Source: an uncultured Trueperaceae bacterium
GTDB lineage: Bacteria > Deinococcota > Deinococci > Deinococcales > Trueperaceae
Assembly (NCBI GenBank): GCA_963727505.1
Contig: CAVSGP010000004.1
Coordinates: 128,001 to 192,000, forward strand
Reading direction: 5' to 3'
Length of the DNA stretch: 64,000 nucleotides
In this document: piece by piece, positions 12,103 through 22,126 of the stretch
How the letters are laid out: every line of letters starts with the position of its first letter
Position numbering within the stretch: the first letter of the stretch is position 1
Program-made: the position numbers and the translations under genes
The notes under the pieces: model-generated
Told to the model about the DNA's origin: nothing
What the model saw: only the letters and a program-made list of their open reading frames with translations
Database searches by the model: none

Positions 12103-12459
12103 TCAGGGCGTCGACGTCGACGGTTGCTGGGCCCCCGGTTTGCTCCGATCGTAGGTCGTGAGGACGTAGGGCAGATCGGACTGGTGGTAGCGGCCGCGGT
12201 CGTCGTACCAGTAGATGTAGTAACCCTGTGAGTTGCCGCTGGTACCGCCCTCGGAAGCCGTGCTGGAGCGCGTCACCTTGCCGTCCACGACGCCGTCGAA
12301 GACGACCTTGCCATCGTAGGAGTAGAGCGTGATGTACATGCGCTGGTTGGTGAAGTCCTGGATGCTGCGACGGATCCGGTTCTGCGTCTCGTTGCGGCAA
12401 CCGGCCAGGCCGGCGAGCAAGACCACCGCGAGCACCACCAGGACGAGCGTCCTCTTCAA
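12103..12459 (-). CDS. Small hypothetical lipoprotein
   Basis: TTG start after GGAGGTG; signal peptide with lipobox LAGC. Confidence 0.75.
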   Translation of the reverse strand: MKRTLVLVVLAVVLLAGLAGCRNETQNRIRRSIQDFTNQRMYITLYSYDGKVVFDGVVDGKVTRSSTASEGGTSGNSQGYYIYWYDDRGRYHQSDLPYVLTTYDRSKPGAQQPSTSTP

Positions 12460-12558
12460 TGCGCACCTCCGCGCCTCGTGACCGCGAGGCGCGGTTCCCA
12501 GGATAGCACCGAGGGCTTGGGACCCCTTCGGTCGAGCCTGCTCCAACATGCCCCACGG

Positions 12559-12579
12559 GTTAACAAGGTCAGACTCAAG
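12559..12579. promoter_or_regulatory. Imperfect HAIR (HspR operator) candidate
   Basis: GTTAACA-N7-ACTCAAG versus consensus CTTGAGT-N7-ACTCAAG, upstream of dnaJ-hspR. Confidence 0.5.
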
Positions 12580-12610
12580 TTATGTATTATACCCCGTAGT
12601 GAGTCCCGTC

Positions 12611-13561
12611 ATGACCAACCCCTACGAGGTTCTTGGCGTCACGCCGGAGGCCAGCGCGGACGAGGTGAAGGCGGCCTACCGGAAGCTCGCGATGCGCTAC
12701 CACCCGGACCGCAACCCCGGGAACAAGGAGGCCGAGGAGCGCTTCAAGGAGATCTCCGAAGCCTACGCGGTGCTGCGCGATCCGGATGCGCGGGAGCGTT
12801 TCGATCGCTACGGGACCACCGGGAGCGGAGCGGCCGGGGCGCCGGACTTCAGCACCGTGGACTGGCGCACCATCTTCCGGGAGGCCGACATCCCCATCAA
12901 CTGGGACGGCCGCGAGGGGGCCCCGCACAGCGGCAACGCCGTGTTCGACGCGCTCTTCGGGATGATGACGGGGCTGTTCCGCAACGCCGGCCTGCTTCCT
13001 GGCGAGACCCGTGAGATCCGTGTCCAGGTGCCGTTGGCACTGGCACGCGCCGGAGGTCTTCGTCGAGTCCGCGTGCCCGGGACCAGTGTGTGCCCCACTT
13101 GCCGCGGGCAGCGCACGGTGTCCGGCGCGACCTGTCCCGATTGCGGGGGCGCGGGCGTGCGCAACGGCCGCGCCAACGTCGACGTACAGGTCCCGGCAGG
13201 CGTTCGCGACGGTACGCGTCTGCGCCTGCGCGGACTTGGAGGGCCCGGCAACCCGCCGGGCGACCTGTTCGTGAAGATCGGCGTGGCGCTGCCCGCCGGC
13301 GCACGCCTGCAGGGCGACGACGTGCTCGCCGACGTCCATGTGATGCCGGCAGAGGCCGCCCGCGGCGTGACCGCCCGCTTCGCCGGGGAGCCGGTGAACG
13401 TTCCGCCGGGAACGCCCAACGGCGGCAAGGTGCGTCTGCAGGGGCAAGGACTGGGGCGGGGCGACCTCGTCGTCACGGTGCACCACGACTTCTGGCGGGG
13501 CGCGGCCAGGGCCGCCTCGGACTGGCTGGGTAAGCTGACGGACGGAGGGACGGCGGCATGA
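12611..13561 (+). CDS. dnaJ: DnaJ-family co-chaperone
   Basis: J domain with HPD, two CxxCxG repeats, DnaJ C-terminal domain. Confidence 0.9.
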   Translation: MTNPYEVLGVTPEASADEVKAAYRKLAMRYHPDRNPGNKEAEERFKEISEAYAVLRDPDARERFDRYGTTGSGAAGAPDFSTVDWRTIFREADIPINWDGREGAPHSGNAVFDALFGMMTGLFRNAGLLPGETREIRVQVPLALARAGGLRRVRVPGTSVCPTCRGQRTVSGATCPDCGGAGVRNGRANVDVQVPAGVRDGTRLRLRGLGGPGNPPGDLFVKIGVALPAGARLQGDDVLADVHVMPAEAARGVTARFAGEPVNVPPGTPNGGKVRLQGQGLGRGDLVVTVHHDFWRGAARAASDWLGKLTDGGTAA

Positions 13562-14046
13562 GCGCGGAGCGCAACCCCGAACCGAAGGACAAAGTGGCGG
13601 AGGACAGCGTGGCGGAGGACGACGCGACGGACCACGACGCGACGGAGGGCGAGACGCCCGAAGAACGCGCCGAGGGCATCGACAAGGACAAGCCGCTGTA
13701 CGTCATCAGCGTCGCCGCGGAACTCGTGGACATGCACCCCCAGACGCTACGGCTGTACGAGCGCAAGGGGTTGATCGAGCCGAGCCGAAGCGCGGGGAAG
13801 ACGCGCCTGTACTCCCAGCGCAACATCGAGCAGCTTCGCGAGATCCGTCGCCTGACCCAGGAGCTGGGCGTGAACCTGGCCGGAGTCGAGGAGATCATCA
13901 AGCTGAGGCGGCGCCTCGGCGAGCTCCAGTTCAGCATGGAGAACCGCATCTCCAACCTGCAGGTCCGTCTCAAGGATCACCTCGACATCATGCGTCAGCA
14001 GGCGCTTCCCTCGGGCGAGCAGGAGCCCGAGCAGGACGAGGACTGA
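13558..14046 (+). CDS. hspR: MerR-family heat-shock repressor HspR
   Basis: [33 protein letters not shown]; overlaps the dnaJ stop. Confidence 0.9.
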   Translation: MSAERNPEPKDKVAEDSVAEDDATDHDATEGETPEERAEGIDKDKPLYVISVAAELVDMHPQTLRLYERKGLIEPSRSAGKTRLYSQRNIEQLREIRRLTQELGVNLAGVEEIIKLRRRLGELQFSMENRISNLQVRLKDHLDIMRQQALPSGEQEPEQDED

Positions 14047-14071
14047 TCCCCGCACCGGTATACTCGCCGGC

Positions 14072-15439
14072 ATGTCGCTGACGGACTACCTGGAAGAGAA
14101 CCGCGAGCGCCACCTCAACGAGCTCTTCGAGTTCCTGCGCATCCCCTCGGTGTCCACCGACCCGGAGCGCTCGCAGGACGTGGCCGATGCCGCCGCCTAC
14201 GTAGCCGGCGCGTTGGATCGTGCTGGCCTGGAGGCCACGGTGGAGCCCACCGCTGGGCACGGCATCGTAGTCGCGCGCTCGCCCGAGGTTCCGGGCGCGC
14301 CGACGGTCCTGATCTACGGTCACTACGACGTCCAGCCGGCGGAACCGCTGGATCTCTGGGAGACACCGCCGTTCGAGCCGACCGTGATCGACGGGGACAT
14401 CCGGGCCCGGGGTGCGACCGACGACAAGGGTCAGGTGTATGCCCACATCAAGGGCGTCGAGGCGCTCGCCCGCGTGGATGGCGCCCTGCCCCTCAACGTG
14501 GTGTTCGTGGTCGAGGGCGAGGAGGAGATCGGAAGCCCGAGCCTGCGTCCCTACCTCGAGCGCAACGCCGACGCCCTGGCAGCCGACGTGGTCGTCATCT
14601 CCGACGGCGCCATGCTCGCACCGGACACCCCCACCCTGACCTACGGCCTCAAGGGTCTCGCGTACCTGGAGGTGCACGTGCGTGGCGCCGGCCGCGACCT
14701 GCACTCGGGCGCCTACGGCGGCGGCGTACCCAACGCCATCAACGCCCTGGCAGGCATGATCGCGGGCCTCAAGACCGGCGACGGACGGGTCGCCGTGCCC
14801 GGCTTCTACGACGCGGTGGTGCCGCTGGGCGACGAGGAGCGTGCGCGCATGGCGGCCGCTCCGTTCGACGAGGCCGCCTTCCGCGCCGACGCTGGCGTGA
14901 GCGCGACGCCGGGAGAGACCGGCTACAGCCTCATCGAACGGCTCTGGGGCCGGCCCACGCTCGATTGCAACGGCATCTGGGGCGGTTTCCAGGGGGAGGG
15001 CGCGAAGACCGTCATCCCGGCCACGGCCGCCGCCAAGCTCTCCTGCCGCCTGGTACCGGGCCAGGACCCGGACGACATCGCGGACAAGGTCACGCGTGCG
15101 CTGGAAGCGCTCGCCCCCGAAGGGATCGAGGTCGAGGTGAAGCGCCTGCACGGCGGCCGTCCCGCCTCCACGCCCATCGACTCCGCCAGCGTCCGCGCTG
15201 CCGCCGCGGCGCTGCGCGCTTCCTTCGGTCGCGAGCCGGTCTTCGCTCGCACCGGAGGCACGATCCCCGTAGTGGCCGACTTCCAGGAGCTGCTCGGCAG
15301 CGAGGTCGTGCTGGTGGGGCTGGGCCTGGAGGACGACCGCGCCCACGCGCCGAACGAGAAGTTCGCGGTGCGGGATTTCCTGCGCGGCATCCAGACAAGC
15401 GCGCGCCTGCTACGGGCCCTGGCCGGGCGCGCGGCGTGA
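14072..15439 (+). CDS. M20-family dipeptidase
   Basis: [27 protein letters not shown]. Confidence 0.93.
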   Translation: MSLTDYLEENRERHLNELFEFLRIPSVSTDPERSQDVADAAAYVAGALDRAGLEATVEPTAGHGIVVARSPEVPGAPTVLIYGHYDVQPAEPLDLWETPPFEPTVIDGDIRARGATDDKGQVYAHIKGVEALARVDGALPLNVVFVVEGEEEIGSPSLRPYLERNADALAADVVVISDGAMLAPDTPTLTYGLKGLAYLEVHVRGAGRDLHSGAYGGGVPNAINALAGMIAGLKTGDGRVAVPGFYDAVVPLGDEERARMAAAPFDEAAFRADAGVSATPGETGYSLIERLWGRPTLDCNGIWGGFQGEGAKTVIPATAAAKLSCRLVPGQDPDDIADKVTRALEALAPEGIEVEVKRLHGGRPASTPIDSASVRAAAAALRASFGREPVFARTGGTIPVVADFQELLGSEVVLVGLGLEDDRAHAPNEKFAVRDFLRGIQTSARLLRALAGRAA

Positions 15440-15464
15440 GCACGGGGCCAGGGTAGACTGGCGC

Positions 15465-18400
15465 GTGCGCCTCACCTCCCTGTCGCTCCAGGGCTTCAAG
15501 AGCTTCGGGAATCGCGCGCTGGTCGAATTCGCTCCGGGCGTCACCGCCATCATCGGGCCCAACGGCTCGGGCAAGTCCAATCTGATCGACGCGTTGAAGT
15601 GGACCACCGGCGGCGGTCGCGCGCGGGAGTTCCGCGCCAGCGACAAGACCGACCTGATCTTCCACGGCGCCACGGGCAAGCGCGGCCTCAGCCTGGCGGA
15701 GGTCGAGGTGGAGCTTCGTGGCGACGGCCGGACCATCAAGGTCTACCGCAGCCTCGACCGCGACGGCACCACCCGCTTGCGGCTCAACGGTCGTAACGCC
15801 CGTTTCCTCGATCTCGAGGAAGCCCTGTCGGGCAGCGGGCTGGGCCGAGCGGGGGTCGCGCTCATCGGCCAGGGTGAGGTCAGCCAGGTGCTCATGGCGG
15901 ATCCGCCGAAGCTGCTGGAGTACGTCGCCGAAGTTGCCGGCGTGGGACGCATGAGCTCGCGTCGCGAGCAGACACAAGCCCGCCTGGAGACCGCGCGCGG
16001 CCACCTCGACCGGCTGCAGGACGTCCTGGTGGAGCTCGACGAGCGCTGCGTTCGCCTCGGAGAGGAGGCCGCCGACGCCGAGCGGCACGCCTCCCTGAGC
16101 GCCGAAGCGCTCCGTCTGCGCGTCACCGCCTCCCGCAGACGCGTGGACGCGCTGGAAGAGGAGATCGCGGGCCTGCAGGAGCGCCGTGCCGAGCTGACGG
16201 GAGCCATCCAGGAAGGACGCGAACGGCTTCAGGAGCTGCGTACCGAGCTCGAGAGCGCACGGCACACGCGCGACGTCAGGGAAGAGACCTACCGCAGCGC
16301 CCTGGCCGAAGCCGAACTCAAGCGCGGCGACCTTCGCGTGGCGGACGAGCGCGCGCAGCGCGCTGGCGAACGGTGGCAAGCGGCACAGGACGCCCTGGCG
16401 GCTGCGCACGAAGAGGCCCGCCGGCTAGAAGCGGGCGAGCCGCCGAGCGCTCCCGAAGGCGACCCAGCGCCGCTGGCCGAACGCGAGGCCTCGCTGAGCG
16501 AGGCGCTTCAAGGCTCCGATGCCGAGTTGGCCGAGGCGCGCGCCGCCCTCGAGGAGGCCGGCGGCGAGCTGGACCGGCTACGCGAGGCACAAGCGGCTGC
16601 CGAACGCAGTGCCGCCACCTTCGAAACGCAGCGTGCCGGACTCGAGAGCCAGGCACGCGAACTCCAGCAACGGCTGGATGCGCTCGTCGTAACGCCGCAG
16701 GAGGACCTGACGGCGCTCGAAGCCTCCGAGGCCGAGGCGCGCCGGCGCTCGGCGACGCTGGCCGCCGATCTGGAGACGGCACGCAAGCGCCTGGCCGAAG
16801 CGCATGAACGTCACGCCCACCTGGAGGCCGAACGGCAGGCGCTGGGTCGGGCGGCGCAGCGCCAGCGCGCAGCCTTCGAAGCACGGCGCGGGTACGCGCA
16901 GGGCCCCCGCAACGCCCTCACCTCGGGCATCGAAGGCGTCCTCGGCTCCGTCGGCGACCTACTCGACGTTCCGGAGCGCTTCCGCACGGCGGTGGCCGCC
17001 GCCCTCGGGCGGCGCGCCGAGTACGTCGTCGTCGATCATGCCGATACCGGGCGCAGGGTGCTGCGCTGGGTACGCGAGCACGGCGGCTTCGTCACGGTGC
17101 TCCCGCTCGACCTGCTACGCGACGACGGCCGCAGGCCCCCGCGCGAGCTGCTCGCTCAGGAAGGCGTCATCGGAGCCGCAGTCGACGTGGTGGAGGTCGA
17201 TGCGGCCTACCGTTCGGTCGCCGAGCAGCTCCTCGGCGGCACCGCACTGGTGGAGACGATGGAGCGGGCCACCGCGCTGGCGCGCGGGCGCGGGCCGCGC
17301 GCGCGGATGGTGGCACTCGACGGCGACATCCTGGAGGCGTCCGGAGCCATGAGCGGCGGGCGGCGTGGGCCGCAGTCGAGCGTGCTGGGCGCGGCTGCGG
17401 AGCTCGAGGAGGCCGAAGCGGCCGAGGAGCGTGCGAGCCGCCAGGCCGAGGTCGCCAGGGCGGAACTCGAGCGCGGGCAGCGGGACGTCCGGGAGCTGCA
17501 GGAGCGCCTGCCCGAGGCTGCTACGGCGCTGGAGGACGCGCGCACGCGCCTGGCAGAGGCGCGCGAGCGGGGCTCACGCCGGCAGGGGCTGCTCGAGGAC
17601 CTGCAGCAACGCGCCGTCGAGGTCGATCGCGCGCGCGACGCGCTGCAAGCGCCGCCCGATCCGCCGGACCCCCACCGGCTGGAGGCGGCCGCAGAAGCCG
17701 CCAGCAGCGCCGCCCAGAGCGTCGAAGACCTCCGCGACCGCGATGCCGAGCGCCGCCAGGAGCTGGCGGAGGTGCGGCAGCGTCGCCTGCTGCTGGAGGA
17801 GCGCCTGCGCTCGTACGCTTCGGCGCTCGAGCGCTTCCGGCAGGAGCGCTCCCGGGCTTCGGAGTTGCGCACCTCGATCGGTCGTCAGGAGCAGACGCTG
17901 GCGGACCTTCAGGAGGCGCTCGCCGCCGCGCAGGCCGCCCGGACAGAGGCCGAGGCGGCGCTGCCGACGGGGCTGGAGGAGGCGGAGGCTGCGCTGTCCG
18001 AGGTGCGCTCACAGAGCGACGCGTTCGAGGCGGCGTTGAACGAACTCACCGAGCACCAGGCAGGGCGCGGCCAGGAGCTCGAAGGGTGCAACGTTCAGCT
18101 CGCCCGCCGCGAGGCCGCACTCGAGCTCGCCGCCGAGGAGCTCCAGGGTTACCCCGAAGGCGCCGAGCCGCTCGAGCTGAGCGAGCGCGCCGCCAAGAGC
18201 AGGCTGCGTGAAGTCGAGACCGCCCTGGACGCGCTGGGCCCGGTCAACCACCGGGCGGCAAGAGACCTGCAGGAGTCCCGAGAGCGCAAGGAGGGACTCG
18301 AGGTCGAGGCGGTACAGGCCACGCTGGCCGTGACCGAACTGGAAGGCACGCTGGAGCGCATCGACCGCGAAACCACGGCGCGGCTGCACGCCGCGCTCGA

Positions 18401-18857
18401 ACGCCTCCGGGTCAGCTTCCGGGGACACGTCCAGCAGCTCTTCGGTGCCGAGGGTCAGGGCGACATCGACGTCGAGCATGACGAAGGCCGGCCGGTCGGC
18501 GTCCGCATCCGCCTGCAACCGCCCGGCAAGCAGACGCAATCGCTCCACCTGCTCTCGGTGGGGGAGCGAACCATGGGGGCGCTCGCTTTCCTGTTCGCGC
18601 TGATGGCCGACGGGAGCGACGGCGCGGGCCTCCCGATCGCCGTTCTGGACGAGGTCGACGCCCCGCTCGACGAGGCCAACATCCGGCGCTACTGTGCGTT
18701 CCTGGAGCGGCTCGCGAAGACCGGCACGCAGTTCGTGCTCATCACCCACCAGAAGGCGACCTTCGAGGTGGCCGACGTGTTGTGGGGGGTCACCACCGAG
18801 GACGGCGTGAGCCGGGTGTTCAGCATCCGTCGTGACGAAGTCGCTCCGGTAGGCTGA
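15465..18857 (+). CDS. smc: Chromosome segregation SMC protein
   Basis: GPNGSGKSN Walker A, long coiled coils, hinge, LDEVDAPLD Walker B/D-loop. Confidence 0.93.
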   Translation: MRLTSLSLQGFKSFGNRALVEFAPGVTAIIGPNGSGKSNLIDALKWTTGGGRAREFRASDKTDLIFHGATGKRGLSLAEVEVELRGDGRTIKVYRSLDRDGTTRLRLNGRNARFLDLEEALSGSGLGRAGVALIGQGEVSQVLMADPPKLLEYVAEVAGVGRMSSRREQTQARLETARGHLDRLQDVLVELDERCVRLGEEAADAERHASLSAEALRLRVTASRRRVDALEEEIAGLQERRAELTGAIQEGRERLQELRTELESARHTRDVREETYRSALAEAELKRGDLRVADERAQRAGERWQAAQDALAAAHEEARRLEAGEPPSAPEGDPAPLAEREASLSEALQGSDAELAEARAALEEAGGELDRLREAQAAAERSAATFETQRAGLESQARELQQRLDALVVTPQEDLTALEASEAEARRRSATLAADLETARKRLAEAHERHAHLEAERQALGRAAQRQRAAFEARRGYAQGPRNALTSGIEGVLGSVGDLLDVPERFRTAVAAALGRRAEYVVVDHADTGRRVLRWVREHGGFVTVLPLDLLRDDGRRPPRELLAQEGVIGAAVDVVEVDAAYRSVAEQLLGGTALVETMERATALARGRGPRARMVALDGDILEASGAMSGGRRGPQSSVLGAAAELEEAEAAEERASRQAEVARAELERGQRDVRELQERLPEAATALEDARTRLAEARERGSRRQGLLEDLQQRAVEVDRARDALQAPPDPPDPHRLEAAAEAASSAAQSVEDLRDRDAERRQELAEVRQRRLLLEERLRSYASALERFRQERSRASELRTSIGRQEQTLADLQEALAAAQAARTEAEAALPTGLEEAEAALSEVRSQSDAFEAALNELTEHQAGRGQELEGCNVQLARREAALELAAEELQGYPEGAEPLELSERAAKSRLREVETALDALGPVNHRAARDLQESRERKEGLEVEAVQATLAVTELEGTLERIDRETTARLHAALERLRVSFRGHVQQLFGAEGQGDIDVEHDEGRPVGVRIRLQPPGKQTQSLHLLSVGERTMGALAFLFALMADGSDGAGLPIAVLDEVDAPLDEANIRRYCAFLERLAKTGTQFVLITHQKATFEVADVLWGVTTEDGVSRVFSIRRDEVAPVG

Positions 18858-18862
18858 GAAGC

Positions 18863-19585
18863 ATGCCGCTCGCGATCGCGTTCCGCATCGAGGCGCACGC
18901 CTCGCTCCCGTCGACGCAGAGCGACGCCCGCCGGCGCCTGGAGGGCGGCGAGGACGTCGACGGCCTGGTGGTGCGCGCAGCTCGTCAGACGCAGGGGAGA
19001 GGACGGCGAGGCCAGTCTTGGGAGAGCGCCCCGGGGGGCAGCTACCAGACGCTGATCGTGCGCGACCCGGCACCGCCGTCGCTGGGCCGGGGCGGCGCCG
19101 CCGTCGCGGTGGCGGTCGGGATGGCGGAGTCCCTGTCCGAGGTCGGTGTCCGGGTCGCCCTCAAGTGGCCGAACGACCTGTTCTACCGGGGGCGGAAGCT
19201 CGGAGGCATCCTGACCGAGTACCTGCGCGGTCATCTGCTGGTGGGGGTGGGCGTCAACGTGGGCAACGAACCGCCTCCGGGCGGCGTAGCGCTGCGCGGC
19301 TGGGACCTGGAGGGCGTGCACGGCGCCGTGCTGGCCGGCATGCAGCGCGGTCTGGACGCCTGGGTGGACGACGTCGCGTCGATCCCCGAGCGATTCCGGG
19401 CGTTCGACGCTCTGGAGGGACGCCCGCTGCGCATCGAGACCGGCGGGCGCGTCCTCGAGGGCGTCGGCTGCGGCGTCGACGGGCACGGCTGCCTGCTACT
19501 CGAGGTCGAGGGCACGTTGCCCGGCGGCGACGCGCAGGCAGTGTGCTCGGGGAGCGTCCTGTTGGATGCGGGCCGGCTCCCCTGA
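18863..19585 (+). CDS. birA: Biotin protein ligase (no HTH)
   Basis: QTQGRGRRG, KWPND, KLGGIL, GVGVNV. Confidence 0.92.
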   Translation: MPLAIAFRIEAHASLPSTQSDARRRLEGGEDVDGLVVRAARQTQGRGRRGQSWESAPGGSYQTLIVRDPAPPSLGRGGAAVAVAVGMAESLSEVGVRVALKWPNDLFYRGRKLGGILTEYLRGHLLVGVGVNVGNEPPPGGVALRGWDLEGVHGAVLAGMQRGLDAWVDDVASIPERFRAFDALEGRPLRIETGGRVLEGVGCGVDGHGCLLLEVEGTLPGGDAQAVCSGSVLLDAGRLP

Positions 19586-19718
19586 GCGAACCGCCGCCGC
19601 CCAGCGGCAGGCGGGCTCGACGACCGCCCGCAACTCAGACCCGTTTCAGCTGGACCTCATCCGTGTGCGACGCATGTTCTCGCCCCGTCGTGCCACCGTG
19701 AACGTGGAGGTGAGGCGC

Positions 19719-20210
19719 ATGACCCGTCCCCGTTCGCTCCCCCGTATGGCGCGCACCACGGTCCGCAGGCTGGCGCTCCTGGCGCTCCTGGCGGTGCTGG
19801 CGCTCGCAGCGACCGCCGCCGCCCAGGCCACCCCTCTGAAGGTGTTCAGCGCGAACCTCAGCCCGAACAACGTCGTCCCGCCGGTCCACACGGGCGCCAG
19901 CGGCTTCGCGGTGGCCGTGCTGAACGGTCACCGGCTCGACGTCCTGGGGTCGTTCCTGGCCCTCTCCAGCCCGGTCGCCACCGAGCTGCGCGGCGGCGCC
20001 CACATCCATCAGGGCGGGCCGAACGACAACGGCCCGATCCTCTACGGCCTGAGCGTCGACGGGACCGTCGCAGGCAGCATCCGCGGCATCTTCGATCTCA
20101 CCGACGCGCAGGTGAAGGCGCTGGAGGCCGGTGACCTCTACGTGCAGATCCACTCCGAGCTGCACAAGCCCGGGGAGATGCGCGCCCAGCTCAAGCCCTT
20201 CAAGCCGTGA
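19719..20210 (+). CDS. Secreted CHRD-domain protein
   Basis: Signal peptide; AHIH..G, LYVQIHS..PGEMRAQL. Confidence 0.85.
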   Translation: MTRPRSLPRMARTTVRRLALLALLAVLALAATAAAQATPLKVFSANLSPNNVVPPVHTGASGFAVAVLNGHRLDVLGSFLALSSPVATELRGGAHIHQGGPNDNGPILYGLSVDGTVAGSIRGIFDLTDAQVKALEAGDLYVQIHSELHKPGEMRAQLKPFKP

Positions 20211-20216
20211 CGGCAG

Positions 20217-20263
20217 GCGGCGGTGGGGGGCCGCTCGGGATCTCGCGCGACCCCCACCGCCGC
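20217..20263. terminator. Hairpin between convergent CHRD and recombinase genes
   Basis: gcggcggtggggg ... cccccaccgccgc. Confidence 0.6.
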
Positions 20264-20276
20264 TCTCCCGGAGCCT

Positions 20277-21266
20277 TCACCAGTCGTCGATGTCCTCGCC
20301 GATCGCGTCCTGGTCGATCTTGGCGTAGATCCTGGTGGTCTGGATGTCGGCGTGCCGCAGGTGCGCCGCCACCCGGCCGAGGTCGTGGGTCTGCCGGTAG
20401 TAGCGCGTACCGGCCCCGTGGCGCAGGCCGTGCACGCCGGCCGAGGCGTAGTCGACGCCCGCGCGCTGGCACAGGGTGCGGAAGCGCTTACGGGTGTGAT
20501 CGGTGCCCCAGGGCAAGACCCACTCCGGGTCACGCTGGCGGCGCGCCGTAGCCCCGTCCGCCCGGAGTGCCTCGAGAGCCGCGCGCAGGCGGCGCGTCAT
20601 GCTCACGCGGGCGCTCTTGCCGCCCTTGCCGGACTCCACCCTGAGCTCGTTGCGAGCCAGGTCGAGATCACGCCAGCGCAGCGCCGTCATCTCGCTGATG
20701 CGCAACCCGGCGTGCGCGCCCAGCAGCACCACGACGCGTTCGGCTGGCTGGGCCAGGTCGAGAAGCCGTTCCACCTCCTTATCGCCGTAGGGGCGGCGCT
20801 TCTCCCACGGCGGCGTCGGGTCCTTGGCGATCCGTACGTTCTCGAACGGCCGTGCCTCCGTCGCGCCCGCCCAGCGCAGCGCCCGGTAGAGCGTGCGTGC
20901 CGCCGCCAGCTTCACCTGCAGCGTCGAGGGCTGCGGCCGCTCGCCCGAGGCCGCGCCGGGCGTGGACTCCAGTCGGCGGATGTAGAGCACGCCGGCGTCA
21001 CGGGTGGGCCGGAGCAGGTTCTCGTCCTGCCAGCCCTCGAGCAGGTCCGCGATGCCGCGCCGGTAGGTGCGGAGCGTATGACGGCTGGCGCGCGAGCCCT
21101 TGGAGCCGTGCAGGAACAGGTAGGCTTCGGTGAGCGCCCACAGCTCGCCCACATCGCGGGCATTGGCGGCACGCGCGGCCCGTCGCCGGAGCTCGTCGGT
21201 CGGCAGCGAGGCCCAGCCCTCGGCGCGGCTGAGCGCGTCGCCCTGGTAGCGTTGGAGGTCGCTCAC
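20277..21266 (-). CDS. Tyrosine recombinase (Xer-like)
   Basis: Complete catalytic set: GLRISE (R), GKGGK (K), HGLRH (HxxR), LRHADI (H), TRIY (Y). Start GTG 21266 preferred over 21311. Confidence 0.93.
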   Translation of the reverse strand: MSDLQRYQGDALSRAEGWASLPTDELRRRAARAANARDVGELWALTEAYLFLHGSKGSRASRHTLRTYRRGIADLLEGWQDENLLRPTRDAGVLYIRRLESTPGAASGERPQPSTLQVKLAAARTLYRALRWAGATEARPFENVRIAKDPTPPWEKRRPYGDKEVERLLDLAQPAERVVVLLGAHAGLRISEMTALRWRDLDLARNELRVESGKGGKSARVSMTRRLRAALEALRADGATARRQRDPEWVLPWGTDHTRKRFRTLCQRAGVDYASAGVHGLRHGAGTRYYRQTHDLGRVAAHLRHADIQTTRIYAKIDQDAIGEDIDDW

Positions 21267-21319
21267 GGCGCCACCGGACGGGCGTACAGGCGGTTTCTTG
21301 GGTTCGAGCACCCCTTCAT
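21263..21319 (-). CDS. Putative leaderless uORF coupled to the recombinase
   Basis: TATGAT-6nt-ATG; MKGCSNPRNRLYARPVAP*; its TGA overlaps the recombinase GTG (GTGA). Confidence 0.4.
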   Translation of the reverse strand: MKGCSNPRNRLYARPVAP

Positions 21320-21334
21320 GTCGGCATCATAGCG

Positions 21335-21362
21335 AGACCTGATAAGACGAGTTATCAGGTTT
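21335..21362. promoter_or_regulatory. dif-like tyrosine recombinase site
   Basis: AGACCTGATAA-GACGAG-TTATCAGGTTT: 11-6-11, arms 10/11 inverted, ATAA/TTAT core as in dif. Confidence 0.75.
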
Positions 21363-22126
21363 TTTACAGTTTCGAGCACGGCCGGAATGCCCTCGACCGG
21401 CTCGGCCGTCGTGCGTCGCTATGCTTCGTCGCCCCGTGTCGCATGACGCCCGGGCGCGGCCGACCAGCCACCGGCCCGGCGGGACCGCGGGCTCCGGCCG
21501 TGGCTCTCGCCTCCGGGCGCGCCGGCGAGCGGGCGCCCGCAACGCGTCGCGCTCCCGGCCCCGGCGCCCGGCTACGACCGGCGCCGCCCGGCACCGCGCC
21601 GCCGCCGACGGAGCGGCCGTCCGCCGGCGACCGCCCACGCATGCGTCCAGCCCACATCCGCCCACGGCTGCCGACGTCCGGTCCGCGCCGGCGCGCTCCC
21701 CGGTACCACCACCCTCTGGCTGCGGTCCACCTCGAGCCGGTCCCCCACGATCTCCTCGAACCCGCCGCGGACCGCCGCGTGGCGATGGTCCCCCAGGTCG
21801 CCCGTCCAGACGCACGGTCCCCGCCTCCGCCGGCGGCCACGCGCCTTCACCGGCGTGGCGATGCCCGCCGTACGTCCCTGACGCGAAGGGCGCCACGCGC
21901 ATCGTGCCAGCGGACGCGGCATCATGGTTGGTCCCGACCGGTCTAGCTGCACGTCGACACCTTCGCTAGAACGGTCTACCTTTCACGATGCGAGGGCCCT
22001 GCGCGCGGCGCGGCGGCGCTCCGACTTCGGGGGGACGGCGTGAAGCTGCGTCGGTCGTCCGTGGCGGTGGAAGCACGTCCCATCGATTTGATAATTCCCG
22101 AGCGGGCACGGACCCCTTCTTGCCGC

